From NCBI GenBank assembly GCA_054661495.1, contig BAAFSQ010000015.1, forward strand, positions 1 through 32,000: a stretch of DNA of 32,000 nucleotides, read 5' to 3'. How positions within the stretch are numbered: the stretch's first letter is position 1; every line of letters begins with the position of its first letter. Source of the stretch: Zygophlyctis sp. KS116 (Eukaryota > Fungi > Chytridiomycota). Below are positions 1-9,820 of this stretch, piece after piece. The notes below the pieces were generated by a model, which ran no database searches, was not told the DNA's origin, and saw only the letters and a list, made by a program, of their open reading frames with translations. Both the position numbers and the translations under genes were made by a program.

Positions 1-2027
1 AATCTTGTCGTTTTCTTTCTTCCAGAGAATATTACTGGGATACAGGTCCATATGGATCACATTGCACTTGTGCATGGAATCTAAGATCCTTTTCATTTCA
101 GCCAGAAAACTATTAAAAAGCCTTTCTTCCAAAGGAAATCCCATTGAGTAACCTACCAACTTTGGATATATTACACAACCGTTATATCCATTCTTCTCTT
201 GCTCCAGAGAACTGTAAGCCAAAGGCTTGACAGCTTCAGGAACCTCCTTCAGCGCCTCGTATATTTTCCACATGTAATAAAGAGATTTATCCTCGTCGTC
301 AAAACGGAAAAAAATGTCCTTTCTTTCTTTCAGATGATAGATATTGATGCTCAAGCACAAATCCATTTCCTTTTGCATAAAAGATTTGACTGTGGATCTT
401 AACAATGAATTAATCTTCCCGGCCACTTCCCTACAAAATCTTTTCAAGGCTGTCAAATGAACAGAGACTTTATCCAAATATATGCTGGCATCTAAAATAC
501 CACTGGTTAAATAAAGTACAGGTAAAGAAGGCTTCAATAGAGTGACCCAACCAAACTGATAAAGATTTCCATTTGTTAAAACAAGAGGAACTCCACATTC
601 TTCAGCCGGTATTCCTAGCTTAAGATGGCTCATTATAATATTGCTACCTAATGCAAAAGCTTGTCCAATTTTTTCTAAGGGCGAAACAGTTGTATCGATT
701 AGTTCTATAACAGCTAACCCAATCGTAGATAACGTTTCATTATTTTGAGCAGAATAAACACACATAAGATCCGGCGAAGATTCTTTAGTTGCATGCCCAA
801 AGGTTGCATTGACTTCAGCCGACGGAGTTTGACAAATCACTTTCAAAAGAGGAGATGAACCGTCTTCAAGATATTCAACAAGAGCTTTTCCTGTGATTCT
901 TTCAACAGTTCTTGCTGGAAACCGCGGAGCCAAAATTAAAACATTTTTATATTCCTTGACATTACTTTTAATAGTTTCAGGAACTTTCAGCGGAGCTAAA
1001 CCAAATAAAAGACCAGTTTTAATTGCAACAGCAGCAGCATTGTCTACATCTCTGGTATTGATGGCATCTTTCACAATCTTTGGAAGATTAAAAGTAAAAG
1101 GGAAAATGCCATTATATCCACAGTTTCCCATCATGGTCATTTTTGATCCAGTAAAAGCCGAAGCAAGGCGTGGTTTTGATTTCAAAAGTAGCAATCTTTT
1201 CTTCTCTGTTTCATATAACTCTGATGGACTGATTGGGACAACAACAATAAGTGAATCCTCTTCACTTTCTCCCAGACTGCCAAGCTTGCAAGAAGCCTTT
1301 AGTGGATCTTCCTTTGTCTAAGATCATACCATGATTTACCTTTTCTTCTTCTGAATTTCTCTTATCAAATGAGTCCTTGTTCTTAAAGACTTTGAGATCC
1401 GAAGGACTAACACCCTTCAAATGACTATCAGAGTACTTGATTTTGACAGCATCCTTTAACTGGTCAATAGCAGCTGATCGAGGAAGTGAAACAGAACTAG
1501 CACTGGTGCCGCTATAAGGATTCCCAGTGTGGGAGTCATAGAGATGAAACCAAACTAATTCTGAAATATCAAGTTTTAGTTTTTTCAGTTGAGGTCCTTG
1601 TTCTTCAGTCAAATCGATTGGTACAACAACAATAAGAGAATTCTCTTCAGTTTCTCCCAGACCGTCCACCTTGCAAGAAGCCAGTAGTGGCTCTTCCTTT
1701 GTCTAAGATCATGTCATGATTTACCTTTTCTTCTTCTAAATTTCTCTTATCAAATGAGCCCTTGTTCTTAAAGACCAGGAGATCAGAAGGACTAACACCT
1801 TTCAAATGATTATCAGAGTTCTTCTTTTTGACAGCTTTACAAAAGTGTGCAATCATTGGAACAAACATTGGAATTTTCACTGAAGAGCGCCGGACAAAAG
1901 TAGCACTAGTTCCCTTGTATGGCAGACCGGTAGAAGAATCATAGAGATGATACCAAATTCGACCATCATTTGACATTCTCCTTTTTGAATGATTCAAGAA
2001 TTTTACGCCTCTTGCTGCGGAGACCAT
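1..2027 (-). CDS. Crinkler (CRN)-like protein: two tandem N-terminal header (ubiquitin-like) domains + REase-like domain + protein kinase domain; 3' end runs off the window
   Basis: Header motifs IWYHLYDSSTGLPYKGTSA...HLKGVSPSDLLVFKNK...EEPL...SLIVVVP occur twice. Introns at 1703-1724 and 1318-1339 (22 nt each; in-frame alternative acceptors 6 nt further on) join the track ORFs to an open frame reaching position 1. That frame contains SPDLMCVY...AVIELIDT (PD-(D/E)xK-like, degenerate) and the kinase catalytic loop MHKCNVIHMDLYPSNILW (HMDLYPSN at 31-54). Start is the ATG at 2027 or 1976. Confidence 0.85.
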
Positions 2028-2399
2028 TTGCAAACCACATTTGGGTCCAGGAAATGTTCAGATCGACAAGTCCCAAAATATGGTTCTTATCAGCAATATA
2101 TAAAATGATATCGGAGATGCTTTAAGATATCTTGATACCATTAAATACTTATTCATATCGGTATTATGTCAGAGCAAATGTTTTTGTCGTTTCAAATACC
2201 ATTCAGTTGGGGTTATTAGCTAAACAGGGCAATATATTCTTGATGGATTCCTTAATACAGCAGTAAGTAATCTTGAATCTGGCGAAATATCAAAATATCA
2301 AGTAAGTGATGCCCCTGTCCATTTTATCAGCAATACTTGCTGCCATCGATCTAAATGAGCAAGATTGCGATCAAAATAACAGATCACAAATGAGTTTGA

Positions 2400-2528
2400 A
2401 GAAAAGGGAATATAATCACATTTGGATCAAACTGGAAATGTACTCTCACACATTAGCCCATATCTGTTCCTGTAAAGTATTGAGTCATAGAGGTGAAATT
2501 AAATACGATCATAGAATGAATTTGACAT
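2400..2528 (-). pseudogene. Decayed Crinkler header-domain relic
   Basis: The minus strand from 2528 reads MSNSFYDRI*FHLYDS, versus MSNDGRIWYHLYDS and LVWFHLYDS in the intact gene. 2482-2498 matches 1533-1549 at 16/17 nt. The conserved Trp codon is replaced by TAA and a frameshift follows (FTGT, cf. YKGT). The left boundary is approximate. Confidence 0.6.
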
Positions 2529-2621
2529 TTTTAAAACCGGGGCTTGCAATCGATAATTTATAATCTCAAACAAATTCCTAAAACTAAAATTGTGCCACAA
2601 CATCCTTGAAGAAAATGTAAA

Positions 2622-3120
2622 TCATTCTACACCTTCAATCTCTTCAACCTTTGCGGCTTCTTTTCCCATTTCTTCCTTTAATTTGTCTACAATCAATCCC
2701 ATTACTACAGGAGGAAGCGATTGTGAGAGTATTTCAAATAATCCTTGTGCCTACATAATAAATCTAAAAAGTACTTACCCGAGCACCCATATGTTTCAAA
2801 GCTCTACAAAAGCAAATTGCAGCTGCTTCATATGCATCAGGACCATTCTGTAATAATCTTTCTCCCATTTGTAGATGTTGCATAAGATAAGCCTCTCTTT
2901 CAGCATCAGTAACTGGATCAGGCATTTCCAGGATTTCAGGAATATAATCCTTTTTACGACTTTCTCTTCTTTCTCTAATCATTGAAGCAGCCTTCTTTTT
3001 TTGATCTTTTAAATAGACTTGAAAGTCTTCATCATTTCTCCTCTTGTAATCAAAATAAACACAATAACTTCCGAAAGCCAATGCACTTCCCAGTCCAATC
3101 AAGTAATTTAATTGCGTCAT
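2622..3120 (-). CDS. TOM20: Mitochondrial import receptor subunit Tom20
   Basis: N-terminal anchor followed by YCVYFDYKRRND, then a TPR-like segment YLMQHLQMGERLL...AAICFCRAL. One 28-nt intron (2751-2778) yields a C-terminus ending VEEIEGVE*. Confidence 0.93.
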
Positions 3121-3193
3121 AAATTTTTTCAAACTTTTTAAAATTTTTAAAACCTCGAATGTTTGTGTCAGAGTCTGGGTCAATTTTGAAACA

Positions 3194-3835
3194 TCAACAA
3201 AAACTATTTAGACACTCTATACAATTCCCATCCTTTGAATTACTGTAATACTTTTCAGCACAATATACATGTAGTACACTTGTACAAGAGTCTGATTTAC
3301 ATTTTTTATACTTGAATAATACAATTTCTTCACATAAACTACAAAATATTAGTTTATCTTCATATTCATTCATTAAAAAAGATCCCAATTCAAATACAGT
3401 TTTTGGACCTAGACTATATTTTCCATCTTGTACACTTAACCAACCTTGCATAGTCCAATTATTTAAACATTTTTCACCATCTCTTTTTGGTAATTTACAT
3501 AGAGATAGTGCATTTGTAGAAGAATATATAAATTCTGAATTTACAATTTCATGAATAATTTCTTTAAAAAAAGAAATTTCATTTTCCTTGAGAAAAGTTG
3601 CAGATTTTGCAATTTCATCTCCCAAAGTATTTACTAGTAAAATCTGTAATTTTCCAGTTAAAGGATTTGTTTTTTCTAGTATTTCTAGAGAAATAAAGTC
3701 CAAGTCCTTGTTCAAGTTGGAAATCATTTGTTTAAAAGGTTCCTGTATTCCTATTTTAGAATGCAAGTCTTGGGCTTCAGACATATCCATGAAATTGTGT
3801 CTAGAAACTAAACACGACAGAAAATACGACGACAT
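3194..3835 (-). CDS. NSE1: SMC5/6 complex subunit Nse1 (winged-helix + RING)
   Basis: LVNTLGDEIAKSAT, QGWL...YSLGPKTVFELGSFL, and a C-terminal RING-like CSLCEEI...C...C...LHVYC...CIEC. Confidence 0.9.
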   Translation of the reverse strand: MSSYFLSCLVSRHNFMDMSEAQDLHSKIGIQEPFKQMISNLNKDLDFISLEILEKTNPLTGKLQILLVNTLGDEIAKSATFLKENEISFFKEIIHEIVNSEFIYSSTNALSLCKLPKRDGEKCLNNWTMQGWLSVQDGKYSLGPKTVFELGSFLMNEYEDKLIFCSLCEEIVLFKYKKCKSDSCTSVLHVYCAEKYYSNSKDGNCIECLNSFC

Positions 3836-4007
3836 TTTTAAACATAGCCCTTCTTTTCAACCCTTGATTGCCTTATTAGAAGCCTGACGAGAGTATTTCT
3901 TTCAACCCTTCATATCTAAAAGTCAAATGATGATATTTATCAGATACTCTTGAAAATGCAATGGGTCTCAACCCTTGTATTTAATGAGATATAAATGTAT
4001 CTGATGA

Positions 4008-6039
4008 CTAGATATATCTACTCAGATTCTTAATTAAATCGGACCTCTGAATTGTAGACTTTTCTCCATTGTCTCCTCCAAAGGCTCCTAGTAATAATAT
4101 TTGAATTTCTTGTTGGGATTTGTTTGTATATGTTTTCTGAAACAATTCTCTTGTTTCCTGAAAAGTAATTGTACCACTTTTAAAACTGGTTTGAATTGAC
4201 AATAATTTTGCTTGAGATGTTTCTAATTCTTGCAAGAGAATAGTATTAACAAAAGATCCATCATTTGAAAATATTTCATCAATAGTATTCCCATGCAATG
4301 ATTGCTCTAAAGCTTTTAAATTTGATACAGTCTTTTTAGACCAAATAGAAGACTTTTTCATAAAGGAAAAGAATTGGCTAGCTTCAACAAAGCCATGATT
4401 CTCTCCATAATGTAATGTCTTATCGGCCTCTATGAATAATGATTTGACTTTTGAAATAGCAGACTCTAACTGATAATAGACAGATTTGTCCCAGATTCCC
4501 ATAAAGATTTTACTAAAGGTATTCAGGATTGCAATGCTAGGAGAATAATGATTGGAATAAAATAGAATATTTACACCCCATTCTAATACTGCCTCTTTAG
4601 ATCCAAATCTCTTTTTCAAGTATAAGTGGAAATAATCTGACAAGGCAATGTCTTTTCCCCTGTTTTTAGGTAAATTGTCAAAGTTCTTTTTTCCATAAAG
4701 TACATTATTTACAAATTCGATTGTTTGATAGATTGATAGATTTCTATTACAAAGCTTACCATTAAATCTATATTTTAATAAATTTGGATGATTACTTTAA
4801 ATACTTTGGCAAATCTATTCCTACTGTAGTTGAATCACGCCAAAAGTTTTCTAGACTGTTATTTACTCTAAAGATTAATCACAAATCAAATGAATACCGT
4901 TTCAAATCAATTTCTGATCCTAAAGATTTCTTTTTGGAATCCAAAGAATATATTTCTCCTATTGAGTTTTTTGTGCTTTCAGCTACTTTTTTCAACTATA
5001 AATCAGAAAAATCTTAAAAAACCTTTGGAATCTCCAACATAATATTTGAAATGACTTCATTGTAACAGAGTCCTTTTAGAGATATTTCATATTCTCTTAT
5101 GCTGAATGGAACTTGAGATTGAATATATTGCCAATCTGGAAATCTTTCAGGTTCAATACTTGCCATTTCTTTTACCAATTCTACTTTTTCAAGTTTTAAT
5201 TCGTCGATTTTTTCGTTTAAATTCTGAATTATTGATTTCAATTCTGAATTTTTCTCTTGAGAGTCTGATAATTGATTTTTTACTGAATTTAATACTTCCG
5301 GGTTTATCGATTGCTCGTTCTGTTCCATTAATCCTTGTAGATCCTTTGATAAATTAGAAATTTTCTTATTTGATATTGTTATAATGTCTTGTAATTTTTC
5401 TATTTCTTTCTCCTTTTTGATTAATTCTTCTTTTTGTGAATTTTCTACTTTTGAAATATCAACTGGCATATTTATCAATTCGTGATTTTTCTCCTTGAGT
5501 GCATTATTTTCTTTGAGTAAGATTGAAATTTCTGATTCAAAAGATTGTATTTTTAGCGTGAAGATGGCGTGTTGGTCCCGAAGAAATTGGTTTTCTGTTT
5601 TAAATTTCACTAAAAATTCATCCAGTTCCAATGACTGCTGATTTAATTCCTGGAGATTCTGTAATTTCATGATTGCCAATTTCCCCTTTAGTGGCTCTAG
5701 ACTTGAAACTTTTTCCTCTAAACGTGATATTGTCAATTCATATTCGTTCTTGACTTGAGATAAAATGCTTGAGTATGTTTTAAACTCTTGAATAAAGTAA
5801 TCAAACACCTGACGGTATATATCAATTTTAGATTCGGTGCCCTTTGAGAGTATTGTTTCAGCTCGTATGAAATCCGTTAAAAATTCTAAAAACTTTTTGC
5901 GACACAGAGTTCCAGCTAAACCGCCTTTGAATGACGGTGATATTCCTGATGAGATCGGGCCAGATGCAGACGCCCTAGATATACTTGCTCTAGATATAGA
6001 TGCGCGCGATGTAGATATAAATGCGTCTGATCCGGCCAT
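4008..6039 (-). CDS. TSNAXIP1: Translin-associated factor X-interacting protein 1 homologue (cilium/flagellum-associated coiled-coil protein)
   Basis: IYRQVFDYFIQEFKTYSSILSQVKNEYE (TSNAXIP1 N-domain-like) and a long coiled coil. After three introns (27, 30, 28 nt, between about 4768 and 5022) it reads LPKYLKFNGKLCNRNLS and DYFHLYLKKRFG. The exact C-terminus is slightly uncertain. Confidence 0.8.
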
Positions 6040-6083
6040 TTGTTAATCGATTTTGGTCGGAAATCTACTGAAAAACGCGCAAT

Positions 6084-8670
6084 TCACGCGCCGGCGATTT
6101 GTACCTGCAAGAGCCGCATATTTTCTGATCTAAAAGCTATGCCTGATATCGCCCTTTCAATTCCTCGACGCAGATATTTGTAAATATTAGGTTCTGTAGA
6201 ATTTGGAATGTCCCATGATCGACCATTTGTTTCTGAAATCAAATACTGTAATTCATGCAATTGATTGGGGTCTTGCGCAAACTTTGATACCAACAATTTG
6301 ATATTTTGTCCGCTGATATTTTCCAGATTTGAAGGAAAATCGTTTTTGGCAAAATTACAAACCAGCCTGTAAGTAACAGGTGAATAAAAGATGAAATAAC
6401 CCAAGTATAAACTACGATCAGAAACTGAAAGATTCCGTTGAATCAAGGAAAATACCCGCTTTTGATGAATAGGAAATTGGGAAAATATTAATGCTTTCAA
6501 ACGATCTCCTGGATAAATTGAGTTTAAGGCCCAAACCATTTCGAAACTTTCTTCATCCTTCATTGCGGAATAGTAAATTGCATCAAAGTAATCAGGATTT
6601 ACATTTATCGGCTCTGAAGTATTCCAGCTGAAAAATACGTTCCGAGAGGCTTTGATGTAATCAGCAGATTCAGTTAAAACGCCTAAAAACATGATTGTAG
6701 ATTCAGGCCATTTTTGTCCTAAGAGTGGTAATTTATCCCGCACCTTTTCCTTAAATTTTTGAAAGGTTGGGTGTAAATTTAGAATTCCTTCTAGTTGGAA
6801 CCATAACTTCAAAACTGTTTTCCAAACGGTTGCAGATGTTTCATTCTTTAGAATATCTAAAGATTTAATTGCATCGTTCCACGCTGACTGAAGGGATAAT
6901 GACAATTGGAATGATTGATAAATAAAATGAGCCTTTTCAAAATCGCTAAACATGCGATTGTTTTGAGATATTATAGATGCTAAATCACCAAAATAACTTC
7001 CATAGTGCGTGTAATAAAACCCTCCAGTGTCTGCATTTATCAAGAATCGGTAATAAGCCGGAATAGACAATTCCATGTTTTCGTCATCTAAAATTAAATT
7101 CATTAATTTAAAAGATTTGATGGATCCATTAAGATGTGTATCAAAAAGTTTTATGGAAATAGATATATTCCACAAAGAGTTCGATGCCTTATTTAGGAGA
7201 TTGAATCTCTTTTGAGTCAGCATAATTTTAATTCTATCCTTTTCAACAACTTTTGTCGAGACGTAAACAACTGGAAATCCGGGCTGGTATATCCACGATT
7301 TGATGTGACCTGAAACTTCATTTCCTAGGATATCAAGTAAATCTTTAGTCATTGCATTACTAAACGTATATCTGCTCAAATATATCCTTAATTTCTGACA
7401 AAATTTTCGGCAAATATTAACAAATCGGGTCCCATCCATAAACTTTGAGATCATTGAAAGAATAACTGCTCCTTTGTTATAAGTTACATCATCAAATAAA
7501 TTTGTCGGTGTGTTATCATCACTCCCAAGTACTGCATGTGTGAACCAAGATGAATCTGCTTCAAAGGCAATAACAAATTCGTTAATATAAAACATACTTT
7601 CAGTATCCTTAAAGTATTCTGTAACGCTATGATACTGTAAATACTCTGCAAATCCTTCATTTAACCACAAATCTGACCATTTTCCCATTGTAACAATATC
7701 TCCCAACCATTGATGAGCTATTTCATGGGATAGAAGAGTAGAAATATAAAACAGATCATCAGTAGACGAGTATTTGTTTATAGAAAATCTCTTGTTTTCA
7801 ATTGTTACTAGTCCGAAGTTTTCCATTCCCTCGACTAATATTATTAAAGAAATTTACCAGTATAGTCCGGAACTGGAAAAATATCCAGTTTTGAATTCGG
7901 ATACTTTATATCAAACATTTTCTGAAAATATATTAAGCTTGATTGGGAAACATTCAGCGCATACTTGGAACCATAAGAATCTTCTCCAAGATAAAAGACA
8001 CGAACAATTGGAGTAGAGTCTGACGATACAAAAGAAGACTTTCCTATTGCCCTATGATATTATTCTACTTTAATTACCATGCCGCTAGATATGTAGATAA
8101 TTTGGGTGTCTTTAGAAAGCGAAATAATCGCCTATTGCCCAATTGTTTGATTATATCCACATCCATATTTGAGATTACATAATAAGGCTCTTCAACGCTT
8201 ATTTCTATTTCAAAAGATCCTTTCAATGCAGGATCATCAAAACAAGGAAATACTGAATGAGCGCCATGAGATTCAAATTGAGTTATTGCAATTAATTCAT
8301 TGAGAACTGTACTTGAATAAAACCCAATTGTATCGTTTCTATCAATCTGTCCATTGAAAGTTATATATATAGTAGCTTCCTCCAGAGGATATAACGGCTC
8401 TCTCAAGTTGATCATTAATTGGTGCCGAGTCCTTGTGTAATGCAACTGAAAGACAAATGTACTATTTTCAACACTTGCATAATCCACTTGATTTAAAGAA
8501 TCTAAAATAATAACATTTGTTTGCTCAGTAGCAGTGACTTTAATACTAACATTTCCTGTATAATAGTAATTAAGCAGCTTCACATCTAGCCGTAAACTAT
8601 ATTCTGATGGAATTATTAAAGACTTCAAGCATAAAAAGCGTATAATATAGTATATAATTCGCATAAACAT
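6084..8670 (-). CDS. M1 family zinc aminopeptidase with hydrophobic N-terminus (probably secreted or membrane-anchored)
   Basis: TQFE...FPCFDDP, EGMENFGL (GxMEN variant), HEIAHQWLG...WLNEGFA, YNKGA. Two short introns (about 8052-8077 and 7834-7856). Confidence 0.93.
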
Positions 8671-9434
8671 TTAAAGATCAGACACAATTTGAGATATTAC
8701 CTCTCCGTCCGACACTACAACTTGGAATTCTGGTGTTAAAATCGCCGTTCCCATATAAACTCTTGGATTTCTATACTTCATTTCTGATTGTAATACTTTT
8801 GGAATTGCCATATGAATCTCCTTGACTTTACATTTATCAAGTATTCTCTTTACATTACCAGGAGTTATTCCCCCACCTGGTAAAATTTGGACCCGATCAT
8901 TTGCAACTTTTACCAATTCTTGAATAACATCAAGACCTTCTAAAGCAGAACTTTCACTTCCAGATGTAAGAATACGCTTAATTCCTCCAATACTAATTAA
9001 AGTCTCTAAACTTTTGATTAAATCTTTAGAAACATCAAAAGCTCTATGAAACGTAACAGCCATTGGTCTTGCTAATTCCACACATTCTCTAGTTCTTTGT
9101 ACATCAATTTCACCATCTAAAGTTAAAAATCCCAATACAATTCTAAATCTTTAATAAATCAAAAATACCCAGGAACACCAACTTGTTTAGCAAAGGCAAT
9201 ATCAGCCTTTATTATTTCATACTCTAAATCCGAATAATAAAAGTCCCCTCCTCTCGGTCTTATCATGACATGAAATGGAATTCTTAGACATTTCTTTGCA
9301 GCGATGATAGTTCCAGCTGAAGGAGTGGTGCCACCTTGTAGTAAATTATCACAAAGCTCAATCCCATGAGCACCAGACTCTTGTGCTATAATCGCACTTG
9401 TTAAATTCTCTACACAAACTTCTAAAAGAACCAT
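8671..9434 (-). CDS. CUTC: Copper homeostasis protein CutC
   Basis: LLEVCVE...IELCDNLLQGGTTPS, HVMIRPRGGDF, VTFHRAFD, RILTSG, PGGGI. One 26-nt intron (9143-9168). Confidence 0.95.
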
Positions 9435-9467
9435 TAATTTATTCCAATTATTCAGGCTTATGATGAC

Positions 9468-9721
9468 CTAACAGACTGCCGATTCTCTTCCTTTGAGTAT
9501 ATGCACTTTTAAAGAATCATTGTAGCCTTGCAATACTCCCCTTTCAAACTCTTCTTGAAGACCGTCATTCTGATGATCAATGCCATCAAGGTAACCAATC
9601 TAAAATAAATTATTGAAATCACCTTGTAATGCTGTAATGCAATTTTTTTAACTTCATTGTCAGTCAATCTGCATTCATATGATCTTGAATCTGCATCATG
9701 GTCCCATACATCAGTATTCAT
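9468..9721 (-). CDS. YAE1: Small Yae1/Lto1-family (Yae1_N, deca-GX3-like) protein
   Basis: Removing a 23-nt intron (9600-9622) gives HYK-IGYLDGIDHQNDGLQEEFERGVLQG, the GYxDG...LQxxFxxG pattern of Yae1. The acidic DVWD N-terminus is also typical. The stop could shift slightly if there is another intron. Confidence 0.7.
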
Positions 9722-9820
9722 ACTACAAGTGTTGTGGTCTAGTCCTGAGCAGATTTGTTAATTTAGGCGTCTGGGTTAAACTGAGAATTTAAGTAAGTTG
9801 ATGCAAATTAATGACTAGAT

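Noticed and set aside
199-1321. Plus-strand ORFs 199-402 and 893-1321
   Set aside because: Antisense shadows of the minus-strand Crinkler frame, which carries the recognisable motifs.
2306-2853. Plus-strand ORFs 2306-2563 and 2590-2853
   Set aside because: No recognisable motifs; they are antisense to the CRN relic and to TOM20 exon 2.
5971-6015. 15-nt imperfect repeat encoding SRASI x3 in the TSNAXIP1 N-terminus
   Set aside because: Ordinary low-complexity slippage in a disordered tail.
6030-6100. GC-rich patch with CGCG motifs and a weak hairpin between the aminopeptidase and TSNAXIP1
   Set aside because: Could be promoter elements (E2F/MBF-like), but too short and degenerate to support, and partly coding.
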